Shown piece by piece: positions 10,219 to 20,500 of a stretch of DNA of 64,000 nt. The stretch covers positions 16,651-80,650 of the forward strand of contig JAIOAQ010000008.1 in the NCBI GenBank assembly GCA_019873735.1, in the 5' to 3' direction. The first letter of the stretch is position 1. Every line of letters begins with the position of its first letter. The notes beneath the pieces were generated by a model that was not told the DNA's origin, did not search any database, and saw nothing but the letters and a program-made list of their open reading frames with translations. Made by a program: the position numbers and the translations under genes. Source of the DNA: Chloroflexota bacterium. Its GTDB lineage: Bacteria > Chloroflexota > Anaerolineae > Anaerolineales > Villigracilaceae.

Positions 10219-11388
10219 TCAGTGCAATCCCAACTCGCTGCGGGCAATGACCAGGCGCTGAATCTCGCTGGTGCCTTCGTAGATTTCGGTAATTTTGGCA
10301 TCGCGAAAATAGCGTTCAATTGGCAATTCCTTGCTGTAGCCAATTCCGCCGTGGATTTGCAGGGCAGCATGGGTGACGAACATGGCCGTTTCGGAAGCAA
10401 ACAGTTTTGCCATTGCCGCTTCGGTGTTGAAACGCTCCCCCGTCTGCTTGGCGCGCTGCTTGGCCATGGCCGCATTGTAAATGAGCAGACGGCTGGCCTC
10501 AATGCGGGTCTTCATATCGGCCAGTTTAAAGGAAATCCCCTGGAATTCGCCAATTTTATGACCAAAGGCCTCGCGCTCGCGGGCGTATGCCAGCGCCGCC
10601 TCGTATGCCGCTTCTGATAGACCCAGTGCCTGGGTGGCAATGCCAATCCGTCCGGCGTCTAAAACGGTCATGGCGATTTTGAAACCCTCGCCTTCTTCGC
10701 CGAGACGACAACTGACAGGCACGCGGCAGTCTTCAAAGACCAGTTCGCTTGTGGCAGAAGCGCGAATGCCAAGTTTGGGCTCTTTTTTGCCGCGGATGAA
10801 ACCGGGCGTTTTGGCGTCGACAATAAAAGCGGTTACCCCTTTGTGTTTCTTCTCCGGATCGGTCAGCATAAAGACAACCACATAATCTGCTACCGGCCCG
10901 CTGGTGACCCATGATTTGCGCCCGTTCAGGACGTAGAAATCTCCATCCCGTACCGCGCGCGACCTCATCGTCCCCGCGTCTGAGCCGGACATCGGCTCGG
11001 TCAGGGAGTAGGCGCCAATCGCCTGACCGCTGGCAACCGCCTTGAGATAGGTATGTTTCTGATCTTCTGTACCAAAGCGCAGGATGCCATAGCAGAAGAG
11101 GGAGTTGTTGACCGACATAATGGTGCCATGAGCAGCGTCGGCTTTACAAATCTCTTCCAGTGCCAGGACATAGGACAGGGTATCCATGCCTGCGCCGCCG
11201 TATTCTTCTGGGACTTCAATGCCCATGAAGCCCATTTCCCCCATTTTCCGAATGGTCTTGCTCGGAAACTCTCCACTTTCGTCATACTCGGCAGCGATTG
11301 GGGCGATTTCTTTTTGAGCGAAATCGCGCGCCGCCTGGCGTATCATTTCGTGCTCCTCCGTAAGTGCGAACAGACCACCTTCGCTCAT
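10219..11388 (-). CDS. Acyl-CoA dehydrogenase (short/branched-chain type)
   Basis: The ORF track gives 10219..11448. I place the start at the Met at 11388 (MSEGGLFALTEEHEM), which follows a GGAGG Shine-Dalgarno. FAD/substrate motifs and the C-terminal YEGTSEIQRLVIAR are present. Confidence 0.9.
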   Translation of the reverse strand: MSEGGLFALTEEHEMIRQAARDFAQKEIAPIAAEYDESGEFPSKTIRKMGEMGFMGIEVPEEYGGAGMDTLSYVLALEEICKADAAHGTIMSVNNSLFCYGILRFGTEDQKHTYLKAVASGQAIGAYSLTEPMSGSDAGTMRSRAVRDGDFYVLNGRKSWVTSGPVADYVVVFMLTDPEKKHKGVTAFIVDAKTPGFIRGKKEPKLGIRASATSELVFEDCRVPVSCRLGEEGEGFKIAMTVLDAGRIGIATQALGLSEAAYEAALAYAREREAFGHKIGEFQGISFKLADMKTRIEASRLLIYNAAMAKQRAKQTGERFNTEAAMAKLFASETAMFVTHAALQIHGGIGYSKELPIERYFRDAKITEIYEGTSEIQRLVIARSELGLH

Positions 11389-11680
11389 TTTGATGTTCCT
11401 CCTTGAAAGTTTTTCTTTGGCTGGTATGATTATAGCATGGCTGTTCAAACAGAGAATTTAAATCTTCAGGCAATAGCATAGGAAGCATTTTTCACGCAAG
11501 TCTGCGAATAACATGCACAGATGGGCGCAGATTTGGATGCAAGCGGGTTTCTTCAACCTGCGGGAGTGCAGGCGGCGACCAGAATACAAGTTTCGTGAAA
11601 TTTGTGTCATTCGTGGCCAAGAACAACACTGCCCTTGATGGGAAACCCATTGGATTCAAAAATTGAAAACCTGGAGGCGT

Positions 11681-12502
11681 ATGAACATTTTGATAGCATC
11701 AGATATGGAGGGGGTTACCGGCGTGGTAACCTGGGAACAGGTTACGCCGGGGCAGGCTGAATATAACCGTTTTCGCCGTTTGATGACGCTGGATGTGAAT
11801 GCCGCGGTGCAGGGCGCTTTTGATGCAGGCGCAAAGACGGTGACCGTTGCCGATGGGCATGCGAGCGGAACAAATTTGCTGCTTGAAGAACTGGACGAAC
11901 GCGCCCGTCTGAATTGCGGTTCCCCCTCGCCGTTCTCGATGGTACAGGGTGTTGTTGGCATGGATGGCGTCTTGTTTGTCGGTTACCATGCGCGGGCGGG
12001 TGCAGAAAATGCTGTGCTGGCGCATACCTGGTCAAGCCGCACGGTGGCCAACGTGTGGTTAAACGACCGCCTCGTCGGTGAATATGGCCTCAACGCGGCC
12101 GTAGCCGGTCACTTTGGCGTACCCGTGTTGATGATTTCGGGGGACCAGACGGTTTGTGCAGAAGCGGTCGAATTGCTTGGGCCGCTGGAAGTAGCGGTTG
12201 TCAAACAGGCCAGCGGCTTCTCCTCAGCCGAATGCCTGGCGCCTGCTGTTACCGGCGCGCTGATTCGGCAGGCTGCCCGGCGGGCTGTGGAACGCCTGAA
12301 GTCTGGTGATGCGCCCTCGCCGTTTCAGGTTGAAAGACCGGTTCGAATTGCCGTGGACTGGCTTCAACCCGCGATGGCCGACCGCGCCGCCCTGCTCCCC
12401 GGCGTCCGCCGCCGCGGCCTGCGCGTAGAGTTTGTCGCCGAGGATATGCCGGCAGCCTATGCCTGGTTCCGCTCGGCTGTGGCTTTTGCCTCGGCCGGCT
12501 GA
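11681..12502 (+). CDS. dppA: D-aminopeptidase DppA (peptidase M55)
   Basis: MNILIASDMEGVTGV N-terminus typical of M55. GGAGG lies 6 nt upstream of the ATG at 11681 (the ORF track starts at 11663). Confidence 0.8.
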   Translation: MNILIASDMEGVTGVVTWEQVTPGQAEYNRFRRLMTLDVNAAVQGAFDAGAKTVTVADGHASGTNLLLEELDERARLNCGSPSPFSMVQGVVGMDGVLFVGYHARAGAENAVLAHTWSSRTVANVWLNDRLVGEYGLNAAVAGHFGVPVLMISGDQTVCAEAVELLGPLEVAVVKQASGFSSAECLAPAVTGALIRQAARRAVERLKSGDAPSPFQVERPVRIAVDWLQPAMADRAALLPGVRRRGLRVEFVAEDMPAAYAWFRSAVAFASAG

Positions 12503-12519
12503 GCCAGCCCGGGTGTAGG

Positions 12520-13200
12520 GTGAACCGAAATCTCAATGCCGGGGCAGAACCGGCTATCGAGGAGGCCCAAATGCTCAAGGCTTTGTTGGCAAAAGACCTG
12601 CGTTTTGATGGCAAAGTCGTTACCCTGACCGTAGTCAGCACCTTGTTGATTATGCTGGATTACTACCAGCCTTTTTCGTTCAACAAGCCTCTGGAGCGCT
12701 TTTCCCTCTACCTCGTGATCCCGTTGGGCATCATCCTCTTTGGTTTTCGGGAACATCCGAAAGCGTACGGTTTTGGATTTGGCGACTGGAAGGCGGGTCT
12801 TTTCCTGACCCTGGCAGGCGCGGCGTTAATGACGCCTGTCATCTGGCTGTTGGTTTATAGCGACGCCAGCACCCAAGGGTATTACCAGGCCTGGCTGGCG
12901 CCCAATCTGGCCGGGCGGAACTTGCTCGAATTGCTGGGCTGGGAGTTTCTCTTTCGCGGTTGGCTCTTGTTTGGCTACGCGCGTAAATACGGGCCGGATG
13001 CGCTTTGGCTGCAAGCCGTCCCTTTTGCCCTGGCGCATATCGGCAAACCGGCGGCTGAGACTTTCTCAACCATTTTTGGCGGCTTTGCCTTTGGCTGGGT
13101 GGCCTGGCGGACGCGTTCTTTTCTCTACCCGTGTCTCATTCACTGGTTTATTGCCACCCTGATTGTGCTGCTTGCTTCTGGCGCGCTTGGAGTAAAATAG
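12520..13200 (+). CDS. CPBP family intramembrane metalloprotease (CAAX protease/Abi family)
   Basis: 226 aa, multi-TM. Motif 1 is GWEFLFRGW (ExxxR), motif 2 is FALAHIG (FxxxH), and a third histidine motif is LIHWF. Confidence 0.75.
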   Translation: MNRNLNAGAEPAIEEAQMLKALLAKDLRFDGKVVTLTVVSTLLIMLDYYQPFSFNKPLERFSLYLVIPLGIILFGFREHPKAYGFGFGDWKAGLFLTLAGAALMTPVIWLLVYSDASTQGYYQAWLAPNLAGRNLLELLGWEFLFRGWLLFGYARKYGPDALWLQAVPFALAHIGKPAAETFSTIFGGFAFGWVAWRTRSFLYPCLIHWFIATLIVLLASGALGVK

Positions 13201-13223
13201 GGCACAGCGTTTGAGGCTGCCTT

Positions 13224-13811
13224 ATGCAAAAAATTCTGGAAAAAATCATGTTGGTCCTGATTGGCGCCTTGATGGGGCTGGCTGCCTCCGGTATCCTGTG
13301 GCTGGCAGCCAGTCCGCCGCGCGGTCAGGCAGTGACTTTGCGCCCGGCGCCCACGGCGGTGCCGCTGGCGGTTCAGGTCAGCGGCGCGGTAGTGCGGCCG
13401 GGGGTTTATGAATTGCCGCCGGGCAGCCGGGTTAAGGATGCCATTGATGCTGCCGGAGGCTTTTTGGCAGAGGCCGATACAGGCAAGATCAATCTGGCTG
13501 CTTTGCTTGAGGATGGGCAGGAATTGATCGTCCCAGATGTTTTTGGCAATACTGGCGGGGCGGGCGATGAGGTCATTGCCGAAGAGGACGCAACAGATAC
13601 CGAAACGCCCGATTACCTGATTGACATCAACTATGCTACGGCTGAAGAACTGGAGACGCTGCCGGGGATTGGTCCGACTCTGGCCATGCGCATTGTTCAA
13701 TATAGGGAAGAGCACGGACCTTTTCAGACCATTGAAGATATTATGAATGTCTCAGGGATTGGGCAGGCGACGTTTGAAGCAATCAAGGACTACATTTACG
13801 TCTCTGATTAA
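13224..13811 (+). CDS. comEA: ComEA-like DNA-binding competence protein (SLBB + helix-hairpin-helix)
   Basis: N-terminal TM, SLBB-like segment (VQVSGAVVRPGVYELPPGSRVKDAIDAAGG) and C-terminal HhH (INYATAEELETLPGIGPTLAMRIVQYREEHGPF). Confidence 0.8.
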   Translation: MQKILEKIMLVLIGALMGLAASGILWLAASPPRGQAVTLRPAPTAVPLAVQVSGAVVRPGVYELPPGSRVKDAIDAAGGFLAEADTGKINLAALLEDGQELIVPDVFGNTGGAGDEVIAEEDATDTETPDYLIDINYATAEELETLPGIGPTLAMRIVQYREEHGPFQTIEDIMNVSGIGQATFEAIKDYIYVSD

Positions 13812-13832
13812 ACACAATACCGAGGTGACAAC

Positions 13833-14669
13833 GTGACCATTCATATTCTTACTGACAGCACATCCGATTTAGGGGCCGAAATTCGGCAGGAGTTTGGCGT
13901 AGAGGCGATTCCCCTAACGGTTACGATTGATGGGCAGGCTTACTTAGATGAAATTGAGATTGACCAGGATAAACTTTTTGACCTGGTTGCGCAGACTGGC
14001 GTTTTGCCCAAGACGGCGGCTCCCTCGCTGGGCGAGTTTCAGAAGTTCTTTGACCGGCAGGGTGAAAGTATCTTTATCGGCATTTCTTCCCGCCTGTCTG
14101 CGACCTTGCAGAACGCGATGTTGGCTGCCGAGGGGATGACAAGCGGGCGGGTGCGGGTGATTGACTCGCTGAATCTCTCGACTGGAATCGGCCTGCTGGT
14201 CTTGCGTGCGTCCGAGTTGCGGGATGCTGGAAGATCGGCCGCTGAAATTGAGCAGGATATCGTTGCGTGTGTGCCTAAGGTGCGCACGTCCTTTGTCATT
14301 GATCGTATGGATTATCTGTATAAAGGCGGACGCTGCAACGCCCTCCAGGCGATTGCCGGCAGTGTCTTGAAAATTCACCCTATTATTGAAGTTCAGCCAG
14401 ATGGGACGCTGGGGGTCAAATCTAAGGCGCGTGGAATACGTCAAAAGGGGCTGCAGGCCATGCTGGATGATTTTGCCGCCCATCTGAACGAATTAGATGG
14501 GCATCGTGTATTTGTGACACACACGGCCTGCCCAGAGGACGCCGCATTTCTGAAAGATGAGATTATCCGCCTGGCCGCGCCAGATGATGTCCGTATTACC
14601 CGCGCCGGTAGTGTGATTTCCAGCCATTGTGGACCGGGAACGATCGGAATTCTATATATGGTGAAATGA
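13833..14669 (+). CDS. DegV family fatty-acid-binding protein
   Basis: 278 aa. IHILTDSTSDL start and a family-typical length and pattern. Confidence 0.85.
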   Translation: MTIHILTDSTSDLGAEIRQEFGVEAIPLTVTIDGQAYLDEIEIDQDKLFDLVAQTGVLPKTAAPSLGEFQKFFDRQGESIFIGISSRLSATLQNAMLAAEGMTSGRVRVIDSLNLSTGIGLLVLRASELRDAGRSAAEIEQDIVACVPKVRTSFVIDRMDYLYKGGRCNALQAIAGSVLKIHPIIEVQPDGTLGVKSKARGIRQKGLQAMLDDFAAHLNELDGHRVFVTHTACPEDAAFLKDEIIRLAAPDDVRITRAGSVISSHCGPGTIGILYMVK

Positions 14670-14720
14670 TGGCTTTGCGCCCTGGCGTTGTGCCAACACC
14701 TGCCGGAAGGTAGGCTGTTG
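14670..14720 (-). repeat. Solo half copy of the inverted-repeat element
   Basis: TGGCTTTGCGCCCTGGCGTTGTGCCAACACCTGCCGGAAGGTAGGCTGT aligns to copy A positions ~43468-43508. It begins right after the degV stop. Confidence 0.55.
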
Positions 14721-14767
14721 CGTTTTTACAGATCTTCTTCGTCATCTGGGGTGGAGAGCGCCAGGCT

Positions 14768-15718
14768 TTATTCGTTTGGGCTCCAAATGTCGGTAGGCGG
14801 CTGAGGCGGCTGAATCCAGTTGAGCCAGCCTTCTTTTTTGGCTTTGCGCTCCGGCTCGGGTTCAAAACGCACAAGCAAAAGCGTTGCGCTCAAAATGATC
14901 ACGCCTGCCCATTGGAAGAGTGAGAGATTTTCGCGTAGCCAAAAATGACTGGCGATGATGGTAACCAGCAATTCTGCCAACCCCAAAAGGGCCGTTTGCA
15001 TGCCTCCAAGCCGCTTGACGCCCAAGAAGAGCGAGAGGCGCGACAGGAAGGTGACGAGTGTGAGGCCCGCAATCGGCCACCAGGGGTAGGTCAGAGAGGG
15101 GATGCGGCGGTCAAAGAGAAGGTAGGCAGGGATAACCACCAGACTCATAGAGAGCAGGGTGTAAAAAGTAACGGTGGGTGCAGGGATTTCGTAGAGCACA
15201 CGTTGATTGATTGGCAGGTGAAGCGCGTACAGCAGGGATGCTCCCAGCATCATGGCGATGCCTGCAATGTCTGCTTTGGTATCTTGGGTTTTGGTCAGCA
15301 GCAAAACGGCGACGGTTGCCAGCCCGATTCGGATGAGCGTCAACTTGCTGACAGGCTGTCGGTCGAAGGCCATGCTGATGGCTACGAACAGTGGGTAGAG
15401 CGAGTAAAGCATTTGGCCGATGTTTGCGTTCAGCCGTTCCAGCGCAAGGTAGTATAAAATTGAGCCGGTTCCGTTGATAACACCTGCCAAAGCACAGCCC
15501 AGCAGGCCGAAGGGGAAGATATAGAATAGGCTCCGGCCGCGGAGAGAAAGGACAAACAAAAGCAGCAAACTTGCCAGGAATGTGCGCAGGGCTACTACAG
15601 CAAGGGGCGAGAACCCAAAAAGGATAGCCTGGCGTCCAAATACGGGTGCCAGGCCCAAAAAGAAAGCCGAGGCCAGCGCGGCTTGAATCCCTTGGATTTG
15701 CCCTTTCTTCATTTTCAC
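14768..15718 (-). CDS. EamA/DMT-superfamily transporter
   Basis: 316 aa, about 10 TM segments arranged as two EamA-like halves. Same strand as the ThrC-REC gene and 77 nt downstream of it. Confidence 0.8.
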   Translation of the reverse strand: MKMKKGQIQGIQAALASAFFLGLAPVFGRQAILFGFSPLAVVALRTFLASLLLLFVLSLRGRSLFYIFPFGLLGCALAGVINGTGSILYYLALERLNANIGQMLYSLYPLFVAISMAFDRQPVSKLTLIRIGLATVAVLLLTKTQDTKADIAGIAMMLGASLLYALHLPINQRVLYEIPAPTVTFYTLLSMSLVVIPAYLLFDRRIPSLTYPWWPIAGLTLVTFLSRLSLFLGVKRLGGMQTALLGLAELLVTIIASHFWLRENLSLFQWAGVIILSATLLLVRFEPEPERKAKKEGWLNWIQPPQPPTDIWSPNE

Positions 15719-15795
15719 TGGCAGAATCTCGCCATGTACAATCCGTAAATACCGTAAATATGGTTGCTCACCTGAAGGCCGCTTGTAAACCTTTG

Positions 15796-17472
15796 TTATT
15801 TGAGCAAACTGCGTACTTCTTCCAGGAATTCATCGTTCATGAAGTCGCCTTTTTGCAAAAGGGTCTGGATTTGCCCTTCCAGACGGCTTTTTTCTTCGCT
15901 GGTAAGTTCTTTTGCCGTAGAGACAATAACGGGGATGTTGGCCGTTTCCTGGTTGGTCTTCATGGCTTCAATGACTCCGAAACCGTCAATTTCGGGCATC
16001 ATTAAGTCGAGAACGACCAGATCCGGCAATTCGCGGGTGATGACGTCAATGGCTTGCTTGCCGTCTGTTGCCTCGTAGATTGTAAAATTCCCCTGTGATT
16101 GCAGGATGCGGCGAATCAGCCGCCGCGCCTCTGGACTATCATCAACAATGGCTATGCGCGGGAAGCGGTCGGGGGCGACCTGATTGAGGGCGGCCAGCAG
16201 ACCTTCTTGCGGGGTTTCTTCTTTGGCGCGTGAAGGGAGGACAACGCTTCTGGCCCAGTTCTCGCCGAGGATGAATTGCTCGGCTGGCATGGTGTGACCG
16301 GAGCAATTGACAACGACGGTATCAGTCGGTTTGATAACGCCCTGGCGAATTAACTTGAAAAGGCCCGCAAAGGCCACGCCTGCCGCCGGTTCCATGGAGA
16401 TACCTTCCATTTTCGCGATGACGTGCATGGCGCGAAAGGCTTCTTCGTCACTAACGCTCTCGAAGGTCCCTCCAAACTCGTCCACCTGTTTTTTGAGCAA
16501 TTTGTAGGCCCGCCCAGGGTCGCCGGTGGCCAGGGTTTCAATGTGCGTGCGTGGGGAAGCAATGGGGATTGCCGATTCAAGGCCGTTTTTCCATGCTTCT
16601 ACCATGGGCGCACAACCCTCGGCTTGAATGGGCGCAATGGCCGGGATGCGGTCAATCAATCCCATGAGTTTGAGTTCGCGGAAGCCTTTGGCAATGCCAA
16701 TGGGGCCCATCCCGCCACTAATGGCCTGAACATACCAGTCGGGCGCTTTCCAGGTCAGAGGCCTGCCTGATTGCGGGAGTGGGCCAAGCAGAGCCGCCAG
16801 TTGCTCGCTGATCTCGTAGGCGATGGTTTTCATGGCCTCCACCGAGGTGATTGTGCGTGCTCCCATATCCTGATAGAGACCACGTTGTGATGCAAATTCG
16901 GCTGCGACCTGTTTGGTTTGGTCGTAAGAGCCGGTCACTTTGATCACCTGACTGCCATACAATGCAATTTCACGCATTTTTACGGCTGGTACCAGGCTGG
17001 TTACAAAGGCCCATAACTTGATGCCTGCCCGGGCGGCGTAGGCAGAGTAGGCAATGGCAACATTCCCTGTGGAAGCGGCTACCATTTCGGTAATACCGGC
17101 CTCCTTGAGCGCGGCAATGGTGACAGCCGCCTGACGGTCCTTAAAAGAAGTGGTAGGTCCCTGCCTTTCGTCTTTTATGTAAATATTCGGACAGCCAAGC
17201 ATCATCCCCAGGTTAACAGCCTGGATGAGCGGCGTTCCGCCTTCACCCAGTGACAGGCTGGGTTGTGGGTTGCGCACCGGCAGTAATTCTCGATAGCGCC
17301 ATAAATCGAAGGGGCGCGAGGAGATTTGCTCTCCCCAAATCTTGAGGGCAGATTCGTAGTCGTACTCTGCTTCTCGCCACTGACTGTTGCAGCGTGGGCA
17401 ACTGGTGGAGGTGGGAAAGTACGAGGTTGTATGCCCGCAGTCCAGGCATTTGATGGCAAAGGACGGAGACAT
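15796..17472 (-). CDS. Threonine-synthase-like PLP enzyme fused to a C-terminal response-regulator receiver domain
   Basis: 558 aa. N-terminal Cys4 zinc ribbon (CLDCG...CPRC), PLP-lysine motif TTSFKDRQ (K111), ASTGN loop and GGMGP loop. Residues ~438-545 are a REC domain (IVDDSPE, phospho-acceptor context LVVLDLMMPEIDG, VSTAK). Confidence 0.85.
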   Translation of the reverse strand: MSPSFAIKCLDCGHTTSYFPTSTSCPRCNSQWREAEYDYESALKIWGEQISSRPFDLWRYRELLPVRNPQPSLSLGEGGTPLIQAVNLGMMLGCPNIYIKDERQGPTTSFKDRQAAVTIAALKEAGITEMVAASTGNVAIAYSAYAARAGIKLWAFVTSLVPAVKMREIALYGSQVIKVTGSYDQTKQVAAEFASQRGLYQDMGARTITSVEAMKTIAYEISEQLAALLGPLPQSGRPLTWKAPDWYVQAISGGMGPIGIAKGFRELKLMGLIDRIPAIAPIQAEGCAPMVEAWKNGLESAIPIASPRTHIETLATGDPGRAYKLLKKQVDEFGGTFESVSDEEAFRAMHVIAKMEGISMEPAAGVAFAGLFKLIRQGVIKPTDTVVVNCSGHTMPAEQFILGENWARSVVLPSRAKEETPQEGLLAALNQVAPDRFPRIAIVDDSPEARRLIRRILQSQGNFTIYEATDGKQAIDVITRELPDLVVLDLMMPEIDGFGVIEAMKTNQETANIPVIVSTAKELTSEEKSRLEGQIQTLLQKGDFMNDEFLEEVRSLLK

Positions 17473-17541
17473 ATTTCTCTCTCTCTTTAGCAGGGATAGT
17501 TACTTTACTTCCAAAATTTATTTCATCTCTCGCTGGCGGAT

Positions 17542-20500
17542 TTATGGGCCTTGAATCCGTCTCAATGCGTTTTCCAGGGCGGATAACAATTCGTCTTCCT
17601 TTAGAAGTCCTTTTTGCAGCAGCCGCTGTCCAAATGCATTTAGTTGTTCGCGTTGTGTGGGTGTCAGATCGCCGCCGGTGACGACCACTACCGGAATTTG
17701 ACGATATTGCTCTTCGGCGCGCAGGCGTTCCAGAATGGCAAAACCATCCAGGTCCTCCATAAACAGATCCAAGACAATGGCATGGGGTGTGGCCGTGGTA
17801 ATGGCTTCCCATCCTTGTTTGCCTCCTTCGGCCAGGATAGGCTTGTACCGTCCGTTCTCCGATAGAATCTTGGCGATCAACCGCAAGTCATCTGCGTCGT
17901 CGTCAATAACCAGGACCTCGCGAATGCTCCCGTCGCTGTTCAGACGGTTGAGAGCATTCAGCAAATCGTCTTCCAGGATAGGCTTGACCAGATAGTCGGC
18001 TGCGCCCAGGTTGAACCCTTTTTCCTCGTCTTCGATGATGCTGCAGATAACTACCGGGATGTCGCGCGTTTCCGGGTTGGCTTTGAGGTCTTGTAAAACC
18101 TGCCAGCCATCGTATCCGGGCATCATAATGTCCAGCGTGATGGCAAAGGGTTTTAACTGCCGGGCGCGTTCGGCAGCCTTGGTGGGATCGGTCAACGAAA
18201 TGACCTGATAGCCTTGGGGTTGAAGATAACGTTCGTACAGGCTGACAACCTGAGGGTCATCGTCAATGGCCAGCACGACTCGGTTTTCTTTGGACGCGCC
18301 GGCATCGTCTTTACCGCGGTAAACAGGAATTGTAAAGTAGAATGTGCTGCCTTTTCCAACCGAACTGTGCAGACCAATCCGACCACCGTGCATTTGCACC
18401 AGATGTTGAGAGATGGACAGGCCCAGACCAGAACCGCCGGTTTTGCGGGTTGGCGACGAGTCCACCTGGGAGAAGGGCTGGAACAATTTGGCCTGATCTT
18501 CGGGGGCGATGCCAGGGCCCGAATCGGTGACGCTGATCATGATTTCCGGGTGGCCAGATGGCCCGGCTTTTACACCGGCCTCCAGGGTAATCGTTCCTTG
18601 TTCGGTGAATTTTGCCGCGTTAGAGAGCAGGTTAAGCAGCACCTGGCGAATGCGCATTGCGTCTGCGCGGACGGGAGGCAACTCTTCGGGGACAATTTTC
18701 TTCAGCGTAATTGGTTTGTCTTTGATCAGCCCGGTGATGGTAGAGAGGACACTGTTGATGGTGTCGTTGAGATTCACCTCATCGAAGGTCAATTCCATCT
18801 TACCGGCCTCAATACGAGACAGGTCGAGGATATCGTTGATCAGCCCAAGCAGATGTTGGCCTGAATTGTAGATGGCGGTCAGGTCTTGTTGTTGGAGTTC
18901 CGAAATCGGACCGTCGATTCCTTTCAGGATGACGCGCGAGAAGCCAATGATCGAGTTGAGAGGTGTCCGCAGTTCGTGACTCATATTTGCCAGGAACTGG
19001 CTCTTCAGGCGGTCCACTTCCCGCATTTCCTTGACGGCCTGTTGGGCCAGTTCGTAGGAGCGCGCATTGTCAATGGCCACAGCAATCTGGTCTGCCAGGA
19101 TTTGCAAAACAGCCGCGTTGTCGGGTGTGAAGGCGTCTACCTCGGTGGACTGGATATCCAACGCGCCAATCACGCGGTTGCCAACGCGCAGGGGGATTCC
19201 GGCCTCTGCCCGCGTTTCTGGCAGAAGGGGATTGGGGCGGTGGAGAGGGTCAAGGGCAGTGTTGTTGATGATCACGGCTTCGCCGGTCGAAGTCACCATG
19301 CCGACAACGGACTTTGAACCGACGGTGATGCTGTGTTGCCGCCTTTTCATTTCTTCACCGGCGTCGCCGGTGGCCTCTTTGAGGACAGCATTGAAGCCAG
19401 TTTCCTCAACCGTGAAAATGGCGGCGTGGTAAAAGCCGAATCTTTCGCGGATGAGATTCACGGCGCGTTTGAAGAGCAGGCTCAGGTCGAGGGTGGATGT
19501 GATCAGGCGGCCAACCTCAGCGGCGGTAGCCAGATATTCGTTTTGCCGGCGTATGGCTTCCTCGGCCCGTTTACGTTCCGTGATGTCTCGCGAAACCCAG
19601 AATACCTGGTCGTCGCTTAGTTTGGTCACCGTAGCGTAAAACCAATACCCGTTTCCACCGATTTCCAGCGGATACTCGATACTGGTGGTCTCGCCGGTGG
19701 TTAAGGTTTTTCGGATGGCCTGCATGAAGGGTTCATGCGTCTCTGCCGGAAGCACCTCTTGAATGGTTTTCCCGACCATATCTTCCGGTGGTTTGTATAA
19801 CCGGTTGGGGTTGGTTGGCGCAACTCTCACATAGCGGCCGTCTTTATCGTACACAATGATGACGTCGGTCATGGCGCTGAAAAGCGCTCGCAATTCGGAC
19901 TCCGATTTACTGAGTGCCTGTACGGCTTGTTGACGGCCCAGAGCAGTTACAATTGCCTCTCCGGCGAACTTTAGCAGGTTTTGTTCCTCTTCGTTCCAGG
20001 TTCTGGGGGCCTGGACGGCGTCAAGTCCCAGGAAACCGATCAGATTGCCGCGTTCCATCAGCGGTGAGCAGATAATGGATTGAATGTTCTCGCGTTCAAA
20101 CTCTATTCGCTCTGCCCGGCCTTCTTTGGGAATATCGGCCACTTTTGGAAAGTAGAAGGTCTGTCCTTTGCGTAACTTGTCAATCAAAAAAGGAAACGTG
20201 TTGATGGGAATGTTTTGCAGATTCTCTATTTGATGGTCAGTATTTGGAGAGCACCATTCGTTGGCGCAACTCATCAATTCACCGCGCGGGTCAATCAGGA
20301 AAACGTATGCACGGTCTACGCCGGAGAAATTCCCTAATCGTTCGAGTACCTGGTCAATCGCGGCAGAGACCTGGATGGGGTCAACGCTGGCAAAGATTGT
20401 AGAGATTTCGCTGGTGAGACGCTCGCGTTCGGCCCGCTGGCGCATTTGCTCAAACAGCAAGGCATTTTGGAGCGCGATGGCGGCCTGGTTAGCAAAAGCC

